Source of the DNA: a virus
Reading direction: 5' to 3' (one strand)
Virus genome (UHGV): UHGV-0371537
DNA: 64,000 nt
The notes beneath the pieces are model-generated. The model searched no databases. It saw only the letters and a list, made by a program, of their open reading frames with translations, and was not told the origin of the DNA. Positions 46,085 through 54,728 of this stretch are shown here, one piece after another (position 1 is the stretch's first letter; each line of letters opens with the position of its first letter). The translations under genes and the position numbers were made by a program.

Positions 46085-46115
46085 TTAATCTCTATTGAAG
46101 AGTTGTTACTAAATC

Positions 46116-47321
46116 ATGAGGCTGGAAATGAACGCCAAAACATTCAACATTCCGATCGACAATGAAGGGCTAGTGGTTGAGCGACTGAAAAAGCTCGAGC
46201 GCACTGCTGTCCGTCTGGGTGTACCATTCCCGACTGTGACTTATGGTGAACCCTTCAAGACCCACACCCGTGACTTCACTGGTGAGATCCTCACTCACTG
46301 GTGGAAGCCCGTCACCCTCGAAGGTGAAGGCATTGACCGCCCGGTGTCATACGGTGGTTGGAAAATCATTGGTCAGTTCAATCACGAATACCCAAAGGTC
46401 ATTCTGAACCGACTGTCCGACAATATCAATGCTGACTTCATCCGTCGCTTCGAGACAGAGAATGTCTCTTGGTGCCAGCATTGCAACCTGCTCATCAATC
46501 GCAAGAACACATATGTGATTGAAAACGAGGAAACGCACACTCAGATGCTGATCGGCAGCACCTGCATGCATCATTATGTGCCTCATCAGAAGTCCCTTGA
46601 CGCGATCATGTCTTACTATCTGGGAATCCAGGAGTTCTTCATGCCGGATGAAGATGATCCAGAGGGCATCTATCGCGTTCGTAACGAACAATTCACAGAT
46701 ACCCACAATTACCTGCGTGCGTGCTTCCAGGTGATGCTGTCTGGCGTAGACATCAAGTCTGAACTATTTGACAAAGTCCTGGGCTATGTCCGGTCTTATC
46801 AGAAACCAAAAGCAGGTTCCGATGAAGAGCATTTCGTATACAAGGCACACGAGTACCGTGAAGACGCCGAGTCAGAAATGTACCACATGAAGCTCTTCAT
46901 CAGTGCGCTGTCTGAATCCAATGAATTCAACGTTCGCCTGAAACGCATGTGTGAACCGGGCTACCACCTGATCAAGGACGATAACACAGTCCGCTGGGGT
47001 GCCAAGAAGTATTACGATTACATCCATCGCCCTCGCGCCGACCGCAAGACAGAGAACAAATGGGTGGGCGAAGTCGGGGAGATGCTGGAAGTACAAGTCA
47101 GGTTCGACAAGCGCGTCTTCCTCTTCTCCAATGAATACGGTGACAGCTACCTGTTTACTTTCAAAACAGTAGAAGGCAATACAATTACCTGGAAGACCTC
47201 TTGTATGGATACAGAGTTCTTGCAGGGCGATATGATCATCCGTGGTCGTGTCAAAGAACTGACTGAGTACAACGGTGTTAAACAAACTCAGGTCACCCGA
47301 GCCAAATTGAGGAAATTATGA
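46116..47321 (+). CDS. hypothetical protein with Cys/His cluster and C-terminal OB-fold-like domain
   Basis: WCQHC...STCMHH cluster; C-terminal VGEVGEMLEVQV...ITWKT...GDMIIRGRVKE resembles OB-fold; alternative start 46128. Confidence 0.5.
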   Translation: MRLEMNAKTFNIPIDNEGLVVERLKKLERTAVRLGVPFPTVTYGEPFKTHTRDFTGEILTHWWKPVTLEGEGIDRPVSYGGWKIIGQFNHEYPKVILNRLSDNINADFIRRFETENVSWCQHCNLLINRKNTYVIENEETHTQMLIGSTCMHHYVPHQKSLDAIMSYYLGIQEFFMPDEDDPEGIYRVRNEQFTDTHNYLRACFQVMLSGVDIKSELFDKVLGYVRSYQKPKAGSDEEHFVYKAHEYREDAESEMYHMKLFISALSESNEFNVRLKRMCEPGYHLIKDDNTVRWGAKKYYDYIHRPRADRKTENKWVGEVGEMLEVQVRFDKRVFLFSNEYGDSYLFTFKTVEGNTITWKTSCMDTEFLQGDMIIRGRVKELTEYNGVKQTQVTRAKLRKL

Positions 47322-47431
47322 ATTTGATTGAGTTTGTTCTGAAGTCGTTCGCCTTTGGTCTGATAGCATGCGGAGTGATTACAGCTATGCTTGTCATCAT
47401 AGCTCTGATCATCCCCTTTAAGAGGAAATAG
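47318..47431 (+). CDS. small hydrophobic peptide (37 aa)
   Basis: Unlisted ORF MNLIEFVLKSFAFGLIACGVITAMLVIIALIIPFKRK; ATGA overlap with upstream stop. Confidence 0.3.
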   Translation: MNLIEFVLKSFAFGLIACGVITAMLVIIALIIPFKRK

Positions 47432-47433
47432 AG

Positions 47434-47595
47434 ATGAAACGTGAAATCATGGATGTGTATGATCCAGGGTCTTGTTGTCCCGGTCATGACAAGTATCCAT
47501 CCGATACTTACAAGAATCGACGTTCCAAAGCGCAACGCTCCAAGAGTATTAAGAAGGAGCATCGCCACGCTCGTCGTGTAAGCGTCTGGGGCTGA
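47434..47595 (+). CDS. small basic protein (53 aa)
   Basis: Unlisted ORF MKREIMDVYDPGSCCPGHDKY...; aagagga RBS; Arg/Lys-rich C-terminus. Confidence 0.35.
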   Translation: MKREIMDVYDPGSCCPGHDKYPSDTYKNRRSKAQRSKSIKKEHRHARRVSVWG

Positions 47596-47632
47596 AAGCT
47601 GGCCTGAATACCATTACGTGGGAGGACTTTTG

Positions 47633-47845
47633 ATGGAATGTTCATGCGGAGGGCAGGGCACAAGTGCTTACCTGCCATTTACCACCGTGAAGGAAGCCGA
47701 AGCCGCCGGGTTTGCCGTGGACAAGGCTCCCTGTGTAATCGCCACGAAGGATTGCCCGTGCTGTAAGAGGCACTCTCAGGACGTCTTCTACGCCCCTGAC
47801 GCGCGCCCAGCTACGGTCAACCTGCTTTCACTGATGAGGAAGTGA
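47633..47845 (+). CDS. small Cys-rich protein (70 aa)
   Basis: MECSCGGQG...CVIATKDCPCCKRH; gggagga RBS. Confidence 0.4.
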   Translation: MECSCGGQGTSAYLPFTTVKEAEAAGFAVDKAPCVIATKDCPCCKRHSQDVFYAPDARPATVNLLSLMRK

Positions 47846-47907
47846 AATGCGCAAGTATTTCAACTGGTTGTTGGCAAGATCCCGCAGCCAATAATCTATT
47901 GAAGTCC

Positions 47908-47940
47908 CCAGGGTTATAATAGCAACACATATAACCCTGG
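47908..47940 (+). promoter_or_regulatory. stem-loop with embedded TATAAT that pairs the ligase Shine-Dalgarno
   Basis: 11-bp stem ccagggttata/tataaccctgg; TATAAT 47915-47920; GGAG 47939-47942 half inside the 3' arm; ATG 47950. Confidence 0.45.
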
Positions 47941-47949
47941 AGACATTAC

Positions 47950-49374
47950 ATGATCCCTATCCTTGCAACAGTTCACCGACTTCGAGAAGCCAAAGGCAGC
48001 AATGCGAAGAAATCTGTGTTGACCGAAGCGTTCAAGAATTGTCCAGACATGGCAGACTTCCTGCAATACGTCTATGACCCAATGACGTCGTTCTATCGGA
48101 CCGAGTTGAAGCTCAGCGCGTATCCTCGCATGCTCGTCCGTGAGAAGACTGATGACATCAGCGAAGTCTATGACGTCCTCGATCAGATGGCGCAGCGTCT
48201 TGTCGGTGGTCAAAAGGCTGATGCCCTGCTGGCCTCTGTTGCTCTGAAGATGGACCCACAGTACCACGAACTCATTCAGATGATCCTGGACCGTGATATC
48301 AAGGCGGGTATTGCTGAGAAGGGCATCAACGCTGCATTCAACGCTGCTGGGGGTACAGGTCGCCTGATCAACATTCTTCCGTATCATCGTTATGACAACA
48401 TGACGATTGACCTGCTGAAGAAGATGGACTTCAAGCGCGGTGTCTACAGCCAGCTGAAGTCAGACGGTATGTTCGCCAACATCATCTGTCGGTACAACAA
48501 AGAGCCTGAGATTCGCTCACGCTCCGGTTCCCTTATCGCAGGCGGTTCGGTCGACAATCTGTCACTGGTGTTCAAGGACATCATCTATGATACGGGGATT
48601 GGTGAGAGTGTATTCCATGGTGAACTGCTCGTTGTTGACCTCAAGTCGAATTCTATCCTACCTCGCGCTGTCGGCAACGGTAAACTCAATAGCGTGATTC
48701 AGACTGGCGAACCCCTGGAAGATCGTTATCAGGTGATCTACCGGGTGTGGGATGTCGTACCTTATGAGAAGTGGTTCAACGCCGAGCGCGTGGGCACCCC
48801 GTATGAGCGCCGCTTCGATATCATCCAGCAACTGTTTTACGAAGACGATGGTCTGGTGCAGGTGCAGGAAACTCGTGTTGTTCACTCATTTGCCGAAGCC
48901 GTCGACCACTTCAAAGACGCGCTGGCTCGTAAAGAAGAAGGCACGATCTGTAAGGCTGCTGACATGCCGTGGGAAGACGGGACTTCCTCGGAAGGTCTGA
49001 AGCTGAAGATGGAAGTGGAGTGCGACCTTGAAATTGTTGGTTTCAACGAGGCCGACAAGAAAGGCAAACACGCCAAGACCTTTGGCTCACTGCTTTGTAA
49101 GACTTCCGATGGCTTGCTTGTTGTTGGCGTCTCAGGGATCTCAGATGAGCTGAGACTCCGTATGTGGGAGAACCAAGGCGACTACATTGGCAAGATCGCC
49201 GCAGTGCTCTCCAATGGCGTGCAGGATAAGACAGACGATGCACTGAAGTCGCTGTTCCTGCCTCGCCTTGCTGAAATTCGTATTGACAAGAAAGTGGCCA
49301 ACACGCTGGATGAAGTCTATGCGATTCAGAAAGCATACATCGAAAACATCGTATTCCTGTTGGAGTCTGCATAA
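47950..49374 (+). CDS. 30: ATP-dependent DNA ligase (gp30-like)
   Basis: 474 aa; adenylation motif I YSQLKSDGMF (KxDG); size as T4 ligase. Confidence 0.85.
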   Translation: MIPILATVHRLREAKGSNAKKSVLTEAFKNCPDMADFLQYVYDPMTSFYRTELKLSAYPRMLVREKTDDISEVYDVLDQMAQRLVGGQKADALLASVALKMDPQYHELIQMILDRDIKAGIAEKGINAAFNAAGGTGRLINILPYHRYDNMTIDLLKKMDFKRGVYSQLKSDGMFANIICRYNKEPEIRSRSGSLIAGGSVDNLSLVFKDIIYDTGIGESVFHGELLVVDLKSNSILPRAVGNGKLNSVIQTGEPLEDRYQVIYRVWDVVPYEKWFNAERVGTPYERRFDIIQQLFYEDDGLVQVQETRVVHSFAEAVDHFKDALARKEEGTICKAADMPWEDGTSSEGLKLKMEVECDLEIVGFNEADKKGKHAKTFGSLLCKTSDGLLVVGVSGISDELRLRMWENQGDYIGKIAAVLSNGVQDKTDDALKSLFLPRLAEIRIDKKVANTLDEVYAIQKAYIENIVFLLESA

Positions 49375-49589
49375 TGAAAGTGTATTTGCTGCAGTATCAT
49401 GATGGGTGTGACGGTCTACAGGTTCAATCCGTGTCCGGGACGCCAGAGGCCGCCCAAAACTCCTTTCTTGAGAAAGCAGAGGCCTGGGGATTTACCCCAA
49501 AAGTGGCGACCCAGCATTTCAGTATTGAGATCTGGGACACAGAGACGGGTTGTTATGTTGATGACCTGAAAATCGAACTGAAGGGGTGA
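49374..49589 (+). CDS. hypothetical protein
   Basis: ORF track; ATGA overlap with ligase stop. Confidence 0.4.
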   Translation: MKVYLLQYHDGCDGLQVQSVSGTPEAAQNSFLEKAEAWGFTPKVATQHFSIEIWDTETGCYVDDLKIELKG

Positions 49590-49593
49590 TCTG

Positions 49594-49851
49594 ATGGACG
49601 AGCTATTCGCATTGGTGTGGTCATTAACGTTCTTGCTGTCCCTGGTTGTCAGCTCGCTTGTGATGGTGCTGGTGTGGATAGCTATTCCCGACATTAAGAA
49701 CCACAGGGTGCTCATTGCCGTGATGATCCTCGGCCTGAGCACTTCCCTTACTCTTCACTATTCCAAACAGGAGTATAATCCTGACAAACATTACAAGACA
49801 TTAGCGGAACGATATCATGATTTCAAAACTTCGAGAAGTCAAGGAAAATAA
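49594..49851 (+). CDS. small membrane protein
   Basis: Two hydrophobic segments (LVWSLTFLLSLVVSSLVMVLVWIAI; VLIAVMILGLSTSL); aagggg RBS. Confidence 0.4.
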   Translation: MDELFALVWSLTFLLSLVVSSLVMVLVWIAIPDIKNHRVLIAVMILGLSTSLTLHYSKQEYNPDKHYKTLAERYHDFKTSRSQGK

Positions 49852-50158
49852 TGACTCTCTGTTCCTATTGAAATTCTTGAAGATGATGGGGATGAACCAG
49901 AGCGCATTGACCAGGGCGTTGTCGTGCTCTAACGTGGTGAACCATTGGGCGATGGGTTATCGCCAGATTCCTGTTTCCTTCAAGCGGTTCATGCTGGTGT
50001 TGCGGTTTATTCACGAACTGGACCTCATGCCAGAGTTGATGAAATACATCAAACACCATGAATCCGAGGGCTGGGGGTCTTCTGATATCAAGGAGACCAA
50101 CTGGCTGAAACTAAACGATGTAGACACTGGGCGAAATAAGAGGAAGCGCGAATGCTGA
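49817..50158 (+). CDS. helix-turn-helix (XRE-like) DNA-binding protein
   Basis: GMNQSALTRALSCSNVVNHWAMGYRQIP resembles Cro/CI-type HTH; overlaps upstream gene. Confidence 0.45.
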   Translation: MISKLREVKENNDSLFLLKFLKMMGMNQSALTRALSCSNVVNHWAMGYRQIPVSFKRFMLVLRFIHELDLMPELMKYIKHHESEGWGSSDIKETNWLKLNDVDTGRNKRKREC

Positions 50159-50811
50159 CAGAGTGGCAGAAGATGGAATATGAACGGGCATTCAACGTTT
50201 ACTGCGTCTTCATGGCGATCAAGCTACACTTCACCACCAAGGACTTCGACTACAGCTTGTATGGACCGATGAACTACAAGTTCGAGACGTTCTTGGCGAA
50301 GGAAGCCGTGTGCAAACAGTTTGCTCGCCTTGCCCGTCGGTTCGAGTCATCACAGGGTGAGGTGGTGGAGAACTACATCATTGCCAACTTCATCAAATCA
50401 CCCAAGACCTGGGTCACGACATTGCTTACCCGCCAGGCGCAATCGAATTATGATGAATACCGCAAGTTGTATGAAAACTTCACGTATAACTTCCTTGAGG
50501 AGTTCGAGCGGGAGATGATCCCGGCTATCAAAGAGCGCAACCTGACGTTCATTGATTATGTAAAGGGTACAGGCCAGGGGCACCCGGCGCTGCTAACAGA
50601 CATCATCACCAAGCGATTCCCGATGTGGTTCCTGGTAGGGCTGAATAAGATCGTGGGGTTCATCCATCTGTATGACACAAATCTGCGGGAGGATATCTAC
50701 TGGAACTCTAAGGCATTCCTGCTCAGGAAGACTAATGCTGTGGTTCCTGATGATGACACAACATACTCGAAAGTGAAACTCCGTGAGCTAATCCAAGCCC
50801 ACGGAATCTAA
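50152..50811 (+). CDS. 59: helicase loader gp59-like
   Basis: N-terminal VYCVFMAIKLHFTTKDFD and IIANFIKSPKTW resemble T4 gp59 (VYKLYLMIKQHMNGKYD; ISNLVANQDAW). Confidence 0.5.
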   Translation: MLTEWQKMEYERAFNVYCVFMAIKLHFTTKDFDYSLYGPMNYKFETFLAKEAVCKQFARLARRFESSQGEVVENYIIANFIKSPKTWVTTLLTRQAQSNYDEYRKLYENFTYNFLEEFEREMIPAIKERNLTFIDYVKGTGQGHPALLTDIITKRFPMWFLVGLNKIVGFIHLYDTNLREDIYWNSKAFLLRKTNAVVPDDDTTYSKVKLRELIQAHGI

Positions 50812-52764
50812 TCACCATTCCCAGAGGATTCGACCAGTGTCTGTCTTATTGGTCGGCTCCAGGCTGTTGCTGTTGAAGTTGTTTGTCGTGCTGACCTTCT
50901 TGGATGCATCGACGTTCTGTTGCACAGGCATGACAACGCTTGCCGGAGGCGGAGCGTATCCACCCTGAACCTGCTCAATGTTGGATAGCGCTCTGCCTTG
51001 TGTTGGCATGGCCGCCCCCAGGGAACCCCCGCCGATGGACCCATACGCTTCTTTCAACTGCGAGGTGCGATCATCAGTCACATTCTTGTAATCTGAGGAC
51101 ACAACAGATGGCATCGGGGTCAGCGTTTGTGGATCGATGTTTGGCTGAGGCGGAATTTGCGGCTGGCTCTCAGCAGGTGTGTTCGGTGAAGGATTTTCAT
51201 CCACACCAATCTGCATCGACTTGCGCGCTTCATCCATCTTCTGCTTCGCCGCCTGGCCGCCGAGAGCGTCTGGAATAATACCGACAAACTTGTCCACTAT
51301 GTCAAACATGGCGTTTGTGATAGCATTCAGCATATTGAAGAACGGTTTCTTCACGTTCTCGGCGAATCCTTTTTTGATATCATCAATCACTTTGTTGGCG
51401 ACACCGATACCTTCGTCAACAAAAGAACTGATACCTCCAGATATCCAATCCACGAGTTTCATCAGTTCTGATTGAAGATTGTCCGCCAGTTTACCAGGAA
51501 TATCCGTGAGCGACGTATTCCTGGTAATACCCGCAAAGAGATCGTTACTAATCCAGTCTACAATACCATTCAGCCAGCGAGCGGGAGCCTCAGTAAGCAT
51601 GAGAGTGTATTTCCGCAGGGTTTCTCCAGCCTCTGTGTCGAAGCCAAAGATCTTGGACACCCAATCAAATAGGTCACCAAATCCGCCCACCAGTTCTGAT
51701 ATCCCAGCCCGGACGCGGTCAACTATGGTCACAGCACCCTTACCCAAGATCTCTTTAGCATTGATGAACCCTTTGCCGAAGTCCCAGATCATAGAGAGTA
51801 GAGCTAATGGACCAACTTTCAGGAATTTGAACACCTTCCCAAATGGACCCAGCAGTTTGGTGATACCTTCTCCCAGCTTGCCAAACATGCCGAAGAACAC
51901 TCCGAGAACTTTGCCGATAGCCGAGAATGGCTTTAGCAGAAATCCTTTCAGAGCGTTCAGGCCGAGCATTGCGGCCACTGCCGCGCCAATCCCGGAAGAA
52001 TCATCTTTCTGGTCATCATCTTTCGGGATGACGGATCCAGCCTGTGGATGCCCGCCAATCTCTTTATCTGTTTCACCCCGGCGCATTTCTTCTTTTTCTC
52101 GTGACTTCTCATCACCTTCAAAAATGCGAGTCAGAGCGCTAACGATGTGACCGCCGACGCGACCGATTTTACTCTCAATGCTGGATAAGCGGACGAGACT
52201 CTCTTCAGAATTCTTCTTGACATCGGCAGTGTCATCTCGTATCTCTATGAGTACGCCGTCCATCATATTCAAGAATGAACCCACACGTACCAAAGACAAC
52301 CCCTGTTCATCCATACGCTTCAAAGAATCGTCATTCGCCGACTTGAGCTGGTCTGAAATCAGGTTCAGGTATTCCAGAGACGTGTCATCCGTAGGCATGC
52401 GTGTGATATCACCCAGGCGATCAATCTTGCCTGCAATGTTCTCCAGTTCGCGATTACCTTCGGCACTGAGGTCTGTGGTGTCTTTCATCCACACACCGAA
52501 GTCCCTGGTGAAGATAGGAGACATGCGCGAGAAACCCGACACAATCTCAGCGACAGTCGGGATACGGATCTCAAACGGTTTTTCAGCCGCTTTCTTATCC
52601 TGTTTGGAGGCCGACTCCAGCTTGGAGAGATTCTTGTTCATCCTCTCCAGTTGTTTGTTGGTCTCGTTCTGAGCACGGAGTTGCTTGCGCTGCATCATCT
52701 CCGTTTTGATTTTGTCCAGAACTTTGACCACATCGGCCTGTGAGTTCTCTGCCGGATCTGCCAT
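50812..52764 (-). CDS. tail tape-measure / hub protein gp29-like
   Basis: 650 aa; coiled-coil N-terminus; Gly-rich repeats GKVLGVFFGMFGKLGEGITKLLGPFGKVFKFL typical of tape-measure proteins. Confidence 0.5.
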   Translation of the reverse strand: MADPAENSQADVVKVLDKIKTEMMQRKQLRAQNETNKQLERMNKNLSKLESASKQDKKAAEKPFEIRIPTVAEIVSGFSRMSPIFTRDFGVWMKDTTDLSAEGNRELENIAGKIDRLGDITRMPTDDTSLEYLNLISDQLKSANDDSLKRMDEQGLSLVRVGSFLNMMDGVLIEIRDDTADVKKNSEESLVRLSSIESKIGRVGGHIVSALTRIFEGDEKSREKEEMRRGETDKEIGGHPQAGSVIPKDDDQKDDSSGIGAAVAAMLGLNALKGFLLKPFSAIGKVLGVFFGMFGKLGEGITKLLGPFGKVFKFLKVGPLALLSMIWDFGKGFINAKEILGKGAVTIVDRVRAGISELVGGFGDLFDWVSKIFGFDTEAGETLRKYTLMLTEAPARWLNGIVDWISNDLFAGITRNTSLTDIPGKLADNLQSELMKLVDWISGGISSFVDEGIGVANKVIDDIKKGFAENVKKPFFNMLNAITNAMFDIVDKFVGIIPDALGGQAAKQKMDEARKSMQIGVDENPSPNTPAESQPQIPPQPNIDPQTLTPMPSVVSSDYKNVTDDRTSQLKEAYGSIGGGSLGAAMPTQGRALSNIEQVQGGYAPPPASVVMPVQQNVDASKKVSTTNNFNSNSLEPTNKTDTGRILWEW

Positions 52765-52777
52765 GATTCACCTCATA

Positions 52778-54166
52778 TTAAACTTTCTGAGACTGCCCTT
52801 TTTCAATCGGCTTGGGAGTCGTTGTTGAAGCGGTGGTCTGATTTGTTTGTGGTGGTAGCACCTGCTCCAACATACTGTCTTTGGCGATTTCAGCGATGCA
52901 CTGATAATCTTTGGTCAGTCTAGATATCTTGTGACGAACCTTGGTCACGATATAATGACCTGTCGATAGCTTACTTAACTCTGCCAGGTTTTCATTCTTC
53001 TTGGGGCGATTAGACTGGTCTTCGATATAGAATACACGACCAACATTCAGGCGGTTGTCTCCCACTAACAACAGACGCATCGCAGTACTGCCAAGGCTGA
53101 AGTTTATCACCCGGCGCGCATAATCAATCTGCTCTGCGCCGTCCGGTTGGGCTTCAATATAACGAACGTTTTGGCGATCAAATTCGTCAGAGAACATTGG
53201 ATATGGGTCCAGGTGGGCTGTCTCTGCAAACCACTCAGTGTAGATGCGCTGTGTCGGCGTTACTGTCTTGGTCTCAAAATCATAGACGCGTTCGTTTACC
53301 GCCAAGATGTCGCGGTAGTTGGCCATGTACTGGTCACGCGCCAGCTTCTTCTCTGCCTTGATGATCGTGCGCATGAAGCGCTCAGAGTTGAAGTTGTTAT
53401 CCTGCATGAGTGGGGCGTCTTGAGGATCACGGAATAATTTGTTCTGTTGAGCCAGCTCTTGCTTCTCTTCGGCCGTCAATGACTGGCTGCCCTGATTGAA
53501 CAGAGTGGTCAGGCTCTTGAAGTGGTAGCCGTTGAAGTCTTCATAGAACACAAATGGCATGAACAACTCATCATAGGAACGGCTGGCCATGTAGTCGATA
53601 GAACGTAGCACAGGCCAGAGAGGGGTTGCGAATCTCTCTTGAATACCATATGTTGGGTCTATGTCTTCGAACTTCGTGCGCGACTCCAGCTGATTGAAGA
53701 TGGTGAGCGCCATCTCGGAGTAGGAACCACTCAGCCCAATAGAACAACGGATCATGCTGTCCTTGTAGGCATCAGTTGTCACGAGGTGAAGCCAGAATGC
53801 CTTCTTGGACGAACTGTTGGATTCATCGGCCACGCGCCCTACCCGGCTGACTCGCAGGGAGAGAGTAGTGTACTCGGAAGCTGCTGGGCTCTTGAACGAC
53901 ACCACAACTTCTTCCCCACCCAGGATAGGCATTGTGTCCAGGATATCCCAACCTTCTTTGATCAGAATGTTGGCTGTCAGAGAAGGAGAGGCCTGACCCT
54001 CAAGACCCAGATCCTGGAAGACGTTGAATTCTTCAAACAGCGCCGTCAGGTCATACGGCGTGGGTGTGCCGCCCTGTGGGGTGTGAGGAAGGATCGCCAT
54101 GTACTTCAGGTCAAATGTTGTCGACGGTGTTACGATACCGTCTTGGGTCTCTCTGTTTTCGATCAT
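52778..54166 (-). CDS. baseplate hub subunit, gp27-like (tentative)
   Basis: 462 aa; weak segment similarity to T4 gp27 as I recall it (FVFYEDFNGYHFKSL vs FVFVWQDIMGVNMMDY); context in hub block. Confidence 0.4.
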   Translation of the reverse strand: MIENRETQDGIVTPSTTFDLKYMAILPHTPQGGTPTPYDLTALFEEFNVFQDLGLEGQASPSLTANILIKEGWDILDTMPILGGEEVVVSFKSPAASEYTTLSLRVSRVGRVADESNSSSKKAFWLHLVTTDAYKDSMIRCSIGLSGSYSEMALTIFNQLESRTKFEDIDPTYGIQERFATPLWPVLRSIDYMASRSYDELFMPFVFYEDFNGYHFKSLTTLFNQGSQSLTAEEKQELAQQNKLFRDPQDAPLMQDNNFNSERFMRTIIKAEKKLARDQYMANYRDILAVNERVYDFETKTVTPTQRIYTEWFAETAHLDPYPMFSDEFDRQNVRYIEAQPDGAEQIDYARRVINFSLGSTAMRLLLVGDNRLNVGRVFYIEDQSNRPKKNENLAELSKLSTGHYIVTKVRHKISRLTKDYQCIAEIAKDSMLEQVLPPQTNQTTASTTTPKPIEKGQSQKV

Positions 54167-54717
54167 TTCGCCAACTCCTGCTCAAGCTGATTCACGAAGC
54201 TGGATACATAATCCGGATCCAGAACTTTGATGGATCTCTTGGCTTCGTTCTTGCTGATTGCGTCATCATGATATGAAACTGCCGTCAGACCATAGTTAGC
54301 AATGATGGACGGCTCATCCAGATCAAGTCCATATGCGAATTTGATCGCTCGAGCGTCAGTTACGTTGTTGAACTGGTCTACATAATAGGCAGTATCCCAC
54401 ATTCCATCAATGCCATAATCTGCCATCAATTCTTCAACGATGCGCTGTTCTGGTTTTGGCCAATCCTTGTTGATATCCATAATGCCATTGATCAGGCATG
54501 GTATCCAAAACAGCTCGAAGGAACCGTAGACACGCTCTGCAAATGACCTTGGGGTTTCCCCCTCTTGGACAGTATAAGGCAGGAGAAGTCCTTCGATGTC
54601 CTTAATTTTCTGTATGATCATGACCCGCCGAGTTAAGTTCTGCAGCAGTATAGTGTCTTGTTTCTGTGCATCCACCAACTGATGCCATACGAGCGGGAAT
54701 TTCTCAAAATATTTCAT
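54163..54717 (-). CDS. baseplate-associated protein (unassigned)
   Basis: ORF track; within late hub block. Confidence 0.35.
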   Translation of the reverse strand: MKYFEKFPLVWHQLVDAQKQDTILLQNLTRRVMIIQKIKDIEGLLLPYTVQEGETPRSFAERVYGSFELFWIPCLINGIMDINKDWPKPEQRIVEELMADYGIDGMWDTAYYVDQFNNVTDARAIKFAYGLDLDEPSIIANYGLTAVSYHDDAISKNEAKRSIKVLDPDYVSSFVNQLEQELAK

Positions 54718-54728
54718 GGCATCCTCTC

